Source of the DNA: Trueperaceae bacterium
GTDB lineage: Bacteria; Deinococcota; Deinococci; Deinococcales; Trueperaceae
NCBI GenBank assembly: GCA_034521815.1
Contig: JAXHLW010000001.1
Coordinates: forward strand, 128,001 to 192,000
Direction of reading: 5' to 3'
Length of the DNA stretch: 64,000 nucleotides
Shown: piece after piece, positions 31,718-45,586 of the stretch
How the letters are laid out: every line of letters begins with the position of its first letter
How positions within the stretch are numbered: the stretch's first letter is position 1
Position numbers and translations under genes: made by a program
Notes under the pieces: generated by a model
Database searches by the model: none
Told to the model about the DNA's origin: nothing
Seen by the model: the letters and a program-made list of their open reading frames with translations, nothing else

Positions 31718-32585
31718 CGTCGTCCTTCCCGACATCCTGGCCATGGATCCTGTTCGGGACCACCAGCGCATCGGCCGACTGTCGGCCTCGGTGGACTTCC
31801 CCTGGGACACCCGGCGCGCGTACGAGCTGGCGCTTCTCAAGACCTTCGCCGTTCCGTCGTCGTCGCACCTGCTGGCCGGGACGGGCGAGTTCCTCGAGCG
31901 CACGGCGAAGAGGCACGACGACACCGTCGCCGTCATCGCGACGCTGGGGCTCGAAGGCTACGACAGTCCGCAAGGTCGCGAGGCGCTGCGCGCCATGAAC
32001 CGGGCGCACCGGGGTCATGCGATTCCGGCGGACGAGTATCGCTACACCTTGTCGCTCTTCGTGCTGGAACCGCTCCGCTGGAACGAGCGGTTCGGCTGGC
32101 GACCCCTGAGCGAGGTCGAGCGGCAGGCCGGGTTCCACTTCTGGCGGGAAGTCGGACGCCGCATGGGCATCCCCGACCTGCCGCCGTCGCTAGCCGCGAT
32201 GGAGGACGAGAGCCGGGCGTTCGAGGAGCGCAAGGTGCGGTTCGACCCGGTCAATCGCAGGCTGCTCGACGTCACGATCGACCGCGTGCTGGCGCGCTCG
32301 CTTCCAGGTCCGCTGCGCCGGCTGGGCGCTGGGGCGGTGCACGTGCTGTTCGACGACGCCACGCGGGCGGCGTTCGGCGTCGGCACGCCGCCGGCGGCCC
32401 TCCGGTGGGCCGTTCTCGGCGGTCTACGAGCGCGAGCGGCGGCGTTGCGGCGCCTCCCTGCGCGGCGCGAGCCGGTCGGGCTGCCGTCGCTGCCCAGCCA
32501 TCCCGGCGGCGTCGATTGGGACCGCGTCGGGCCGGACCTGCCCGAACGCGAAGCGTCGGCACGATCGTCGTCGCGGGACGCCTGA
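31707..32585 (+). CDS. MpaB/DUF2236-family oxygenase-like protein
   Basis: LLKTFAVPS, KRHDDT, MNRAH, YRYTLSLF, FWREVGRRMGI; start could be 31743. Confidence 0.8.
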   Translation: MRRSVVLPDILAMDPVRDHQRIGRLSASVDFPWDTRRAYELALLKTFAVPSSSHLLAGTGEFLERTAKRHDDTVAVIATLGLEGYDSPQGREALRAMNRAHRGHAIPADEYRYTLSLFVLEPLRWNERFGWRPLSEVERQAGFHFWREVGRRMGIPDLPPSLAAMEDESRAFEERKVRFDPVNRRLLDVTIDRVLARSLPGPLRRLGAGAVHVLFDDATRAAFGVGTPPAALRWAVLGGLRARAAALRRLPARREPVGLPSLPSHPGGVDWDRVGPDLPEREASARSSSRDA

Positions 32586-32924
32586 GCCTGGACCCGGTCG
32601 TGCGCGCCGGGCGCCTCCACGACGAGGGCGACACGGTGCGGCTCGCCGGCCGGGGACGGGAAGGGTCGCTCACGTACGGCGTCCGCGCGCCGTGCTAGCG
32701 TGGTGCACGGCAAGCCGAAGGAGCGTGAAAGCCGATCTGACGACCCTGTAGTGCGAGTACGACCGAACGAGCCCTCGCCGCGGCGAGCCGCTCGGAAGGT
32801 CCTGCTCTCGCGTGAAGGTTCTGGCGACGGCGCTGACGGTTGGGCCCCTCGCGGCCAACGTCGTGCTCGCGTTTCCCCTCGCGCATCGCTGAACGTCCTC
32901 GCACCCGCGTCACCGGCCGACGTC

Positions 32925-33800
32925 ATGAGACGTGTCCCCACCCCCAAACGAACCTCCTCGCGTCGCGCATCCGCGACGTTCCGGATCGTCCCGACCGCGC
33001 TTCGTCACACGGCGAGCATCGTGCGCATCGTCCGTCGCGCGCACGCCGTCGACGACGACGAGCTCTGTCTCAGCTGCCCCACCTCCGCGATGGTGCGTCG
33101 GCAGATTCGACGGTTCCCCGAAGGCCAGTTCGTCGCGGTCCGTGGCGAGGGCGACGACGAGCGCGTGCTGGGCGTGGCGGTGCTGATGCGCACCGATCGC
33201 CCGCCCAGCGCCGAGCCGAAGTCGTGGCTCAGCATGATCGGCGGCCTGGGCCTGCGGAATCACGAGCCGAACGGACGCTGGCTGTACGGGGTCGAGACGG
33301 CCGTCGATCCGGACGCTCAGGGCCAGGGCGTGGGCAGCGCGCTGTACCGGCGCCGGCTGGAGCTGGTCCGCGAGCTCGGCGTGGAGGGGATGTACGCGGG
33401 CGGCATGCTCAAGGGCTACCGCCGGTTCCGGGACCGCATGACGCCCCTCGAGTACGCCGAGCGCGTCCGGAGCGGCGAGCTCGTGGATCCCACGGTCACG
33501 ATGCAGCTCCGTCGTGGGTTCCAGGCGGTCGGCGTCATCGAGAACTACGAGGACGACGAAGAGGCGGGGAACTGCGCCATGCTGATCGTCTGGCGGCCGG
33601 AACAGGCGGAGGCGGGCGGTTCCGAGGGACGCGTGGCCGCTGCCCCAGCCGGCTCCGAGCGGCGCTCCACGAGCCCGCTGGGGACGCGGCGCAGCGGCGG
33701 GGCCGTCGGGTCGCGCACCGGGTCGAAGGGGTCGCGCACCGGCGCGAAACGGGTACCCGCCGTGGTGCCCGCACGGTCCGACCCGGACTCGGCGAGCTGA
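32925..33800 (+). CDS. GNAT-family N-acetyltransferase
   Basis: FPEGQFVA, LYGVETAVDPDAQGQGVGSALY (acetyl-CoA motif), DPTVTMQ; start uncertain. Confidence 0.85.
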   Translation: MRRVPTPKRTSSRRASATFRIVPTALRHTASIVRIVRRAHAVDDDELCLSCPTSAMVRRQIRRFPEGQFVAVRGEGDDERVLGVAVLMRTDRPPSAEPKSWLSMIGGLGLRNHEPNGRWLYGVETAVDPDAQGQGVGSALYRRRLELVRELGVEGMYAGGMLKGYRRFRDRMTPLEYAERVRSGELVDPTVTMQLRRGFQAVGVIENYEDDEEAGNCAMLIVWRPEQAEAGGSEGRVAAAPAGSERRSTSPLGTRRSGGAVGSRTGSKGSRTGAKRVPAVVPARSDPDSAS

Positions 33801-33822
33801 CCGCTCGGTTCCCGACCGCCGT

Positions 33823-34401
33823 TCAGTCGTCGTCCGCCTTGAAGCGCTCGATCGCGACCACGCCGCCTGGGAGAAGCAGGTGCGTCATCCGTACGTCGTG
33901 ACGCTCGCAGGGAAGCTCGTGCGCGACGAGCGCCGGGTGCGCGACGCCGACGCGCGGCGTGCCTGGGCGGAGCAACGGTAGCCAAGCATCGTAGTAGCCG
34001 GCGCCGTGACCCAGCCGAACCCCCGTGCGATCGAACGCCAGGCCGGGGACCAGCACCAGGTCGATCGCCGTCGGATCGACGCGAGGGGCGTCGGCCGCTG
34101 GCTCCATCATGCCCATGGCGTGCTGCCGAAGCGCGCCCCCGATGCGATGGAAGCCGAGAGGCCCCCCGGCAGGATCCACCCGCGGCACCACGAAGACCCG
34201 GTCGTCGCCCAGCAACCGGCCCAGATCGGCTTCGCTCCCGAACGCCAGGTAGCTCGCCACGGTCGAGGCGGCCGCGTACGTCGGCCAGCGTCGGAGGACC
34301 TCGACCAACGCGGTCGACCACGCCCCGGTGTCCAGGTCGCGGCGCGTGCGTCGGGCCCAGCGTCGCCAGGCGGCTTTGTCGGTCGGGGCGTCGCGATGCA
34401 T
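33823..34401 (-). CDS. 5-formyltetrahydrofolate cyclo-ligase
   Basis: DLVLVPGLAFDRTGVRLGHGAGYYD, EP, HDVRM. Confidence 0.92.
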   Translation of the reverse strand: MHRDAPTDKAAWRRWARRTRRDLDTGAWSTALVEVLRRWPTYAAASTVASYLAFGSEADLGRLLGDDRVFVVPRVDPAGGPLGFHRIGGALRQHAMGMMEPAADAPRVDPTAIDLVLVPGLAFDRTGVRLGHGAGYYDAWLPLLRPGTPRVGVAHPALVAHELPCERHDVRMTHLLLPGGVVAIERFKADDD

Positions 34402-34476
34402 CGACGGCGAGCGTATCGCGCTCGCCTGGTCGTGGGCGCGACCCGTGGCCTGGGCGAAGAGGGTCATCCTCTCGGC

Positions 34477-34935
34477 ATGGCACGAACCACGGAAACGACC
34501 GTCCACCACCTCGTCGACAAGCGATTCGTCGGCATCACGCCCGACGGCATGCGCGTCATGATCGACGGCGAGAACGAAGCGCAGACCGGCATGCGGCCGA
34601 TGCACCTGTTGCTGAACGCGGTCGGCGGCTGCGCGGCGTACGACATCGTGGCGATGCTCGCCAAGCGGCGGCTCGAGGTGCGCTCGTACACGATCGAGCT
34701 CGTCGGCGAACGCGCCGACGAGACGCCGAGCCCGTTCACGAAGATCCGCGCGCTGCATCGCTTCGACGTGCCGGGGCTCGACGAGCGGACCGCTCGCCGC
34801 TTCGCGGAGCTGGGCATGACGAAGTACTGTTCGGTCGCTGCGAGCCTGAAGGCCGAGATCGAGGTCGAGGTCGAGCTGCTGCACGATCAGCTCGAGTCGG
34901 GCGCCGAGCCCGGCAGCGAGTCCGACGACGCCTGA
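34477..34935 (+). CDS. OsmC/YhfA-family protein
   Basis: GMRPMHLLLNAVGGCAAYDI...KYCSVAASL (two Cys). Confidence 0.88.
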   Translation: MARTTETTVHHLVDKRFVGITPDGMRVMIDGENEAQTGMRPMHLLLNAVGGCAAYDIVAMLAKRRLEVRSYTIELVGERADETPSPFTKIRALHRFDVPGLDERTARRFAELGMTKYCSVAASLKAEIEVEVELLHDQLESGAEPGSESDDA

Positions 34936-34971
34936 TCGGCCGGCCCGTCGGACGGCTCGGCTCGCTCGCGC

Positions 34972-35217
34972 TCAGGCCTGCAGCGGGCCGATCTGACCGT
35001 CCGGCTCGCTCTCGCCGGCGTGGCCGGCGGCGTAGCCGTTCTGGAGTCCCATCAGGTAGCCGAGCTTGAGCATGAACAGCAGCGTGTCGGCGTCGCCCTC
35101 GGCGATCCGCTCGGCGACGAACTCCCGAGTGCCCTCGGGAAGCTCCATGGCGTCGATCTGCTGGGCGTTCCGGGCACGCATCTCGTTCAGGAAGGCTCGG
35201 ATCGTCTCTTTGCTCAC
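34972..35217 (-). CDS. ddrH: DdrH-like small protein
   Basis: MELPEG...EGDADTLLFMLKLGYLMGLQNGYAAG resembles, from memory, the Deinococcus DdrH core; TAGGGT -10 box 6 nt before GTG. Confidence 0.7.
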   Translation of the reverse strand: MSKETIRAFLNEMRARNAQQIDAMELPEGTREFVAERIAEGDADTLLFMLKLGYLMGLQNGYAAGHAGESEPDGQIGPLQA

Positions 35218-35273
35218 GACGCGACCCTACCGCGGCCCGGGTCGCGCTCGGGTGACCGACGCAGCGCGGCGGC

Positions 35274-35681
35274 TCACGTGGACGGGTCGCCCTCGCTCTC
35301 GATCTGCTCCTCGAGCCACGCCACGACCGCTTGGGCCGTTCCGAGGTTCGTCGCCAGCGGCACGCTGTGCACGTCGCAGATGCGGAGCAGCGCGCTGACG
35401 TCGGGCTCGTGGGGCTGCGACGTGAGCGGATCCCGGAAGAAGATGACGGCCAGCACCTCGTCCTGAGCGATGCGAGCCCCTACCTGCAGATCGCCCCCCT
35501 TGGGGCCTGACTGGAGGAGCTCGATCTTCAGTCCGGCCTTCTTCTGCAGCACGCTTCCCGTGGTGCCGGTCGCGATCAGCCGAAACCGCCCCAAGATGTG
35601 CGCATGGTCGCGCGCGAACATCGCTAGATCGAGCTTCTTGTTGTCGTGAGCGATCAAGGCGAGCTGCCGGGGTGGAGTCAT
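35274..35681 (-). CDS. mgsA: Methylglyoxal synthase
   Basis: ALIAHDNKK, ATGTTG, SGPKGGDLQVG, FFRDPL, PHEPDV, PLATN. Confidence 0.96.
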   Translation of the reverse strand: MTPPRQLALIAHDNKKLDLAMFARDHAHILGRFRLIATGTTGSVLQKKAGLKIELLQSGPKGGDLQVGARIAQDEVLAVIFFRDPLTSQPHEPDVSALLRICDVHSVPLATNLGTAQAVVAWLEEQIESEGDPST

Positions 35682-37276
35682 GCTCCGAAGTCTAGCGGCT
35701 CCTCGGCCGCGTCGTCCCGGCGAGCGTCGAGAAGCCAGACCTCGTCGCCCGTCCGTGCCTGGGCCAATCGCCACAGATCCCGGGGGTCGGCGACGGCGGG
35801 CTTGGCGTACCCGCCGGTCCGGCCGCGATCGGCCAGCAGCACGATCGGCTTGCCGTCGGGCGGGATCTGGACCGCTCCGAGCGGGCTGCCGTCGCTGGCG
35901 ATGGAGGGCGTAGGCGCGCGAACGGGCCGGCCGTCCAGTCGGGCTCCGGTCCGATCGACGTCCGCCAGACGAAAGCCTGTGGTGACCAGGGCGTCGAACG
36001 CCTCCGCGTCGTACTGCGGCCCCGGATGGAGTCTCAGCAGCACGCGGGGAGGCGGAAGCGGCCGCCCGGGATGGGCGAGGAGGGGCCGTGCGATCGCCGT
36101 GCCAAGGCCGATCCGGTCGCCGGCCGCCAGCCAGCGCTTGGATCCGCCGGCGCCGGCGCGGACGTCCGTGCTGTCCGAGCCCAGCCAACGCTCGCCGACG
36201 AAGCCGCCTTCGACCGCGAGGAGCACGGTCCGGCCCCGAACGGCGGGGTCGGGAAGCAGCTCCAGCGTCGCGCCCGCGGGCCAGCGAAACGTCGACCAGG
36301 TCCGCACCGGCGTCCCGTTCAGGAGGACCAGCGTCCCGCCTCCGGCGACGGCGGCGAGCCGGTCCTGCTCGACGCGAAGCGTGAGCGCCTGGCCCAGCGC
36401 CTCGAGCGCCAGGGTGTCCGGCGGGTTGCCGACCATCCGGTTCGCAGCCTCGAGCGCCGGTCGGTCGATCGCTCCCGCGTGCGCGGCACCGATGTGGCCG
36501 ACGTCGTGGCGAGGCGCGCCTTGCAGCGAGGCGCTGCCCGGGACCGCCTCGACGACCTCGGCGGCGGGTTCGCCGAGCGACAGGACCGGGGGCGTGGCCG
36601 CGTCGCCGTTCTCGGCCAGAACCGCGGCGTCCAGCTCCTCGGGAGCGACCGCCTCGAACGTGACGCGATCGCCCGCGGCCAGCCAGGCTGGAGGATCACG
36701 GCCGGGGTCGAACAGGCGCGCGTCCGTTCGTCCCAGGACCCACCAGCCTCCTGGGCTGGCGGCGGGGTAGATGCCGCCCATGCCCGCGGCGATCGCGACG
36801 GCGCCGCGAGGGATCCTGGAGCGGGGTGTCTCGCGGCGCGGGATCCGCAACGTCTCGGGAAGCCCCAGAAGGTAGGGGAAGCCGGGCGTGAAGCCGAGGA
36901 AGGCGACGGTCGCCTCGTGCGCTTCGTGCAGCCGGACGATCTCGGCGAACGGGCGTCCGAGGGCGGTTTCGAGCTCGGCCACGTCCGCGTCCGCGCCGTA
37001 CGCGACGCGGACGTGACGGCGGCGGGGGATGGGCGGGGCGACGTCGGCCGACGTCGCTCGGCGCGCCCATGCGTGCAGCGATCTGAGCGTGAGGGTCGGT
37101 CGGTGCTCGACGAGGATGGTCGCGAAGCCGGGAATCAGGTCGCGCACCTCGGGGGGCGCCGTCGCTGCGAGGCGCTCACGGAGCGCGGCCACGCGTCGCG
37201 ACGTCTCGGGCGACGGGTCGGCCGCGAGGTCCAGGACGCTCGCGAACGGTCCGGCACGGCGCAGCTTCATCTCCAT
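35678..37276 (-). CDS. Fused 5-oxoprolinase PxpB/PxpC (carboxyltransferase CT_C_D plus CT_A_B) protein
   Basis: FLGFTPGFPYL, GIYPAASPGGWWVLG, ANRMVGN, GAVQIPPDGKPIVLLADRGRTGGYAK. Confidence 0.88.
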   Translation of the reverse strand: MEMKLRRAGPFASVLDLAADPSPETSRRVAALRERLAATAPPEVRDLIPGFATILVEHRPTLTLRSLHAWARRATSADVAPPIPRRRHVRVAYGADADVAELETALGRPFAEIVRLHEAHEATVAFLGFTPGFPYLLGLPETLRIPRRETPRSRIPRGAVAIAAGMGGIYPAASPGGWWVLGRTDARLFDPGRDPPAWLAAGDRVTFEAVAPEELDAAVLAENGDAATPPVLSLGEPAAEVVEAVPGSASLQGAPRHDVGHIGAAHAGAIDRPALEAANRMVGNPPDTLALEALGQALTLRVEQDRLAAVAGGGTLVLLNGTPVRTWSTFRWPAGATLELLPDPAVRGRTVLLAVEGGFVGERWLGSDSTDVRAGAGGSKRWLAAGDRIGLGTAIARPLLAHPGRPLPPPRVLLRLHPGPQYDAEAFDALVTTGFRLADVDRTGARLDGRPVRAPTPSIASDGSPLGAVQIPPDGKPIVLLADRGRTGGYAKPAVADPRDLWRLAQARTGDEVWLLDARRDDAAEEPLDFGA

Positions 37277-37370
37277 CGTCCGGAAAGGGCAGGGAGAACG
37301 CCGTCGCGAATGAACGTGGCGGGTCCGCATGAGCGCGTCGCGTGACAGATCACGTGGCACAGTGTACGGC

Positions 37371-38279
37371 GTGCCCGACCTCGCTCCCATTCGCATCGGC
37401 CCGCTCGCGCTCGCCGGAGATCGTGCCCTCGTCGCGCTGGCCCTGGTCGCCGGCCTGGCCGTCGCCGAGATCGTGGCCCGCCGCCGCGGTCGCGACGCCG
37501 ACTGGGCCTGGTCGTCCGTCGTCGTCGGTCTGCTCGTCGCGCGCGCGGCGTGGGTGGCGCTGCATCCGGCGAGCTACCTCGCGCGACCGCTCGAGGTCGT
37601 GTACGTCTGGCAGGGCGGGTTCGCGGCTTGGGCGGGGGTGCTGGGCGGGGGCGCCTGGGCGGTGATCCAGACGGTCCGGCGCGACGCGTCGATCCGAGAG
37701 CTGCTCGCTCCGGGAGGGGCCGCGCTCGCGATGACCGCAGCGGCGCTGCTGGTGTTTCCGGTCGCACCGCAGCGGCCGTCCCTCGAGGCCATGGACGTGA
37801 CGGTCGCGCGCCTGGACGGATCGACCGTGGACGTCGCAGCGTGGCAGGGGCGACCGACCGTGGTCAACCTGTGGGCGACGTGGTGCGGTCCGTGTCGGCG
37901 CGAGCTGCCGATGCTGATCGAGGTGGTGGGCGGTCGGGACGACGTCCGGCTGGCGCTGGTCTCGCAAGGCGAGGCCGAGGAAACCGTGCGCGACTACCTG
38001 GCGCGCGAGCGACTCGCGGACGGGGACGTGTGGCTCGACCGTGCGGGGGCGCTGGGACGCGCGGTCTCGTTGACGGGCCTGCCGACCACGCTTTTCGTAG
38101 ACGCCTCGGGAGAGGTGCGACAGGTGGCCTTCGGCGAGCTGTCGCGCGCCCGCGTGACCGAGGAGCTGCGGCGGATCACGTCGACCGACGCCGCGCGGGA
38201 GGCGTCTGCGGCGCGCTCCCAGCCTGGCGTTCGGGCGCCTGGGGCCGTCTCGCGACCGGGCTCGTTCGGCGGGGGTTGA
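37371..38279 (+). CDS. TlpA-family oxidoreductase with N-terminal Lgt-like membrane domain
   Basis: IRIGPL...GLLVARAAWV...VWQGG membrane region, then VNLWATWCGPCRRELP and GLPTT. Confidence 0.82.
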   Translation: MPDLAPIRIGPLALAGDRALVALALVAGLAVAEIVARRRGRDADWAWSSVVVGLLVARAAWVALHPASYLARPLEVVYVWQGGFAAWAGVLGGGAWAVIQTVRRDASIRELLAPGGAALAMTAAALLVFPVAPQRPSLEAMDVTVARLDGSTVDVAAWQGRPTVVNLWATWCGPCRRELPMLIEVVGGRDDVRLALVSQGEAEETVRDYLARERLADGDVWLDRAGALGRAVSLTGLPTTLFVDASGEVRQVAFGELSRARVTEELRRITSTDAAREASAARSQPGVRAPGAVSRPGSFGGG

Positions 38280-38305
38280 CATGCTCCTGGACCGGGGTAT
38301 ACACT
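38276..38305 (+). promoter_or_regulatory. rRNA operon promoter
   Basis: TTGACA followed after 16-18 nt by TATACA/TACACT. Confidence 0.8.
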
Positions 38306-38479
38306 TATTTTTGCCGCTCGAGAGAGAGGCGCGAACGATGACAAGCGAAGACGAAGCGAGACATCCGCGCTCGAACCGTCGATTCAGGCCGTCCAGGTCG
38401 ATCGATCTCGAGCGTAGAGCAAGAACGGATTTCGATCCGATCTTGCGTGTCATTGACTCTTAGTACTTGCAACTGAAAA

Positions 38480-41420
<2,941 letters not shown>

Positions 41421-41479
41421 TTTGCAATCATCCTCGACTCAGGACACTGTCCGCTTCGTCTTCGTCTTGTCTATTTATT

Positions 41480-41599
<120 letters not shown>

Positions 41600-41651
41600 T
41601 TATTTTTCCAGAAGAGGCACCGGCCCACGGGGTGGGTGCCTCTTCGCGAAT

Positions 41652-41728
<77 letters not shown>

Positions 41729-41731
41729 GAT

Positions 41732-41758
41732 ACGGCCGCCTTCCGGGGCGGCCGTTCG
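41732..41758 (+). terminator. Hairpin closing the rRNA operon
   Basis: ACGGCCGCC/GGCGGCCGT stem with a weak U tract. Confidence 0.55.
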
Positions 41759-41992
41759 CATGGTCCGATCGCGGTCGGGCCCCTGGAATCCGCGATGAAC
41801 CGATGCAGGGGGCCGCGACGCGTATGCTTGGCAGGTCGTAGGCGTGCCCCAGCGGGCACGCCGACAGGTGCCCGTCGGCCATGCGGCCTGGAGCCGCACC
41901 CGCACGCCATGCGGACTGACGGGCGGAACCGTCCCAGTCCAAGCGCCCCGGACGCGACGACGCGTCCAGGCGCACTCGTAAGGAGCGATTAC

Positions 41993-43249
<1,257 letters not shown>

Positions 43250-43253
43250 GGAC

Positions 43254-44102
43254 ATGACGACATTCCTGAACGTGTTCGATACGTACACCGTGCCGCTCGA
43301 TCAATGGGTGCAGGCCGGTGTCGATTGGCTGTCCATCAACGCCCGTGGCTTCTTCCAGGCGATCAAGTGGCCGGTGGAGCAGGTGCTCGACGGGATCGAG
43401 ATGCTGCTGCAGGTGGTGCCGCCGACGATCATGCTGGTTCTGATCGCCCTCCTGGCATGGCGCACCGTCGGCTGGAAGATGGGCCTGTTCGCGCTGGCCG
43501 CGATGGGGCTCGTGGGCTTCACCGGCATGTGGGAGCTGACGATGACGACCCTGTCGATGGTGCTGGCGGCGGTCGTGTTCTGCGTGGTGGTCGGCGTGCC
43601 GCTCGGCATCGTGGCGGCGCGCAGCGACACCTTCGCCTCCGGGATCCGGCCCGTGTTGGACGTGATGCAGACGACGCCCGCGTTCGTGTACCTGGTCCCG
43701 GTGGTGATGCTGTTCGGCATCGGCACCGTCGCGGGCGTGCTGGCGACGATCGTGTTCGCGCTGCCACCCATCATCCGGCTCACGAACCTGGGCATCCGCC
43801 AGGTCGAGCCCGAGGCGGTGGAAGCCGCCGTGGCGTTCGGCTCGAGCCCGAGCCAGATCCTGTTCAAGGTCCAGATGCCCCTGGCCATGCCGACCATCAT
43901 GGCCGGCCTGAATCAGACGATCATGCTCTCGCTCTCGATGGTCGTGATCGCGGCGCTCATCGGTGCCGGCGGTCTCGGGACCCCGGTCTTCAGGGGCTTG
44001 AACTCGCTGAACGTCGGGTTGGCAGCCGTGGGCGGTCTCGGCATCGTGCTGCTCGCGATCGTGCTGGACCGCATCACCCAGGGGCTGAGCGAGAACACCT
44101 GA
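43254..44102 (+). CDS. proW: Glycine betaine/proline ABC transporter permease
   Basis: LDVMQTTPAFVYL, EAAVAFG loop, AGLNQTIM. Confidence 0.9.
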   Translation: MTTFLNVFDTYTVPLDQWVQAGVDWLSINARGFFQAIKWPVEQVLDGIEMLLQVVPPTIMLVLIALLAWRTVGWKMGLFALAAMGLVGFTGMWELTMTTLSMVLAAVVFCVVVGVPLGIVAARSDTFASGIRPVLDVMQTTPAFVYLVPVVMLFGIGTVAGVLATIVFALPPIIRLTNLGIRQVEPEAVEAAVAFGSSPSQILFKVQMPLAMPTIMAGLNQTIMLSLSMVVIAALIGAGGLGTPVFRGLNSLNVGLAAVGGLGIVLLAIVLDRITQGLSENT

Positions 44103-44378
44103 CCCTGGCGGCCTTGGCGCGGACGCTGTCAAGTGCTTGGACGACATGCCGACCCCCGGGGGGCGCTGCTACTGTCTGGACACGGGCACGCAGTGCCCGC
44201 GTCGAACGCGTCCCCGCAGCCGGTGACTTCCACCGCACAAGGCCGCCACCGGGCAAGGCCGTCGCGGGACGACGATGGCAGAGCGTACGCCGCCCCGTGC
44301 TGCGCCGTGACGCAGGCACGAGGGTCGCGGACGTACGTGGTCTGCCGACACCACAGCTTCATTCCGAACGGAGACACG

Positions 44379-45413
44379 ATGATGCAACGCAAACTATGGA
44401 TTCCGCTTCTAGCGTCCCTGCTGCTGGCCTTCGGCACCGCCGTCGCCCAGGATCAGGACCGGCCCGGCGAGGGCACCACCGTCCAGCCGGCGGTCGCCAC
44501 CTGGCAGTCGGCTCTGCCGATCGAGGCGATCTTCGCCGAGCTGCTCGGCGAGCTCGGCTACGACGTCGCCCCCGCCCAGTCGGTGTCCAACCCGATCTTC
44601 TACCAGTCGGTCGTCCAGGGCGACGTCGATTACTGGGCCAACGGTTGGTTCCCGCTGCACAACGCCCAGCTTCCCGCCACGTTCGAGGACACCGCCTCGG
44701 TCGTCGGCACGATCGTCGAGAACGGCGCGATCCAGGGCTACCTGGTCGACAAGGCCTCTGCCGAGGAGTACGACATCACCTCGCTCGAGGACTTCAAGCG
44801 GCCCGAGGTCAAGGAGGCGTTCGACTCCAACGGCGACGGCAAGGCCGACATGGTCGCCTGCCCGCCCGGATGGGGCTGCGAGCAGGTCATCTCGCACCAC
44901 ATGAACGTCTACGACCTCGATGATCACATCAACCTGATCACCGCCTCCTACGCCGCCTCGTTCGCGGACGCGCTGGCGCGCTACCGTAACGGCGAGCCCG
45001 TCCTGTACTACACCTGGACCCCGAACTTCACCGTGGTGGAGCTCGAGCCGGGCGAGGACGTCGTCTGGATCAACGTGCCCGAGACCATTCCGTCCGAAGC
45101 GCAGACGGGCCTCGAGGACGCCATGGTCGCGTCCGGCGTGACCGGCGCCGTCACCGACCCGCTGATGTTCGGCTTCGTCGCCAACGACATCCGGCCGGTC
45201 GCCAACAACGACTTCCTGGAAGCGAACCCCGCCGCGGCCGCGCTCTTCGATGCGGTGCAGATCCCGCTCGGCGACATCTCCGAGATGACCCGCCGCATCA
45301 GCGAGGGCGAGGCTAGCGAGGACGCGATCGTGGACATGGCCGCGGAATGGATCGAGAACAACCGCGACACCGTCGACGGCTGGCTCGAGCAGGCGCGCGC
45401 CGCCGCGATGTGA
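44379..45413 (+). CDS. proX: Glycine betaine/proline ABC transporter substrate-binding protein
   Basis: Signal peptide, WFPLH, FDSNGDGKAD, CPPGWGC, YTWTPN. Confidence 0.9.
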   Translation: MMQRKLWIPLLASLLLAFGTAVAQDQDRPGEGTTVQPAVATWQSALPIEAIFAELLGELGYDVAPAQSVSNPIFYQSVVQGDVDYWANGWFPLHNAQLPATFEDTASVVGTIVENGAIQGYLVDKASAEEYDITSLEDFKRPEVKEAFDSNGDGKADMVACPPGWGCEQVISHHMNVYDLDDHINLITASYAASFADALARYRNGEPVLYYTWTPNFTVVELEPGEDVVWINVPETIPSEAQTGLEDAMVASGVTGAVTDPLMFGFVANDIRPVANNDFLEANPAAAALFDAVQIPLGDISEMTRRISEGEASEDAIVDMAAEWIENNRDTVDGWLEQARAAAM

Positions 45414-45586
45414 TCCCAACGATCCTGCGATGCGTAGGGGCGCGTCAGCGCCCCCGCCACGCGGTCGGGCCGAGGACGCGCAACGCGTCCTCGGCCCGTT
45501 CTCGTCGGTCGGGCCGATACACGTTCGACCCGTCGGGCGAGCCGAGCGCGATCGCCTCGCCATCACCCCGCGCCGGGGTGGCTGTC

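Noticed and set aside
32714-32730. Glycine riboswitch-like GCCGAAGGAGC
   Set aside because: The GGAGA and CTCAGG elements are absent; kept only as an unclassified structured RNA candidate.
34402-34476. 6S RNA upstream of the 5-formyl-THF cyclo-ligase gene, as in E. coli
   Set aside because: Only 75 nt, occupied by divergent promoter elements.
44205-44275. Cobalamin riboswitch-like words (TCCCCGCAGC...GCCACCGG...AAGG)
   Set aside because: The upstream GGGAA/GGTG..AATCC elements and the downstream B12 box are missing, and the gene context is unrelated.
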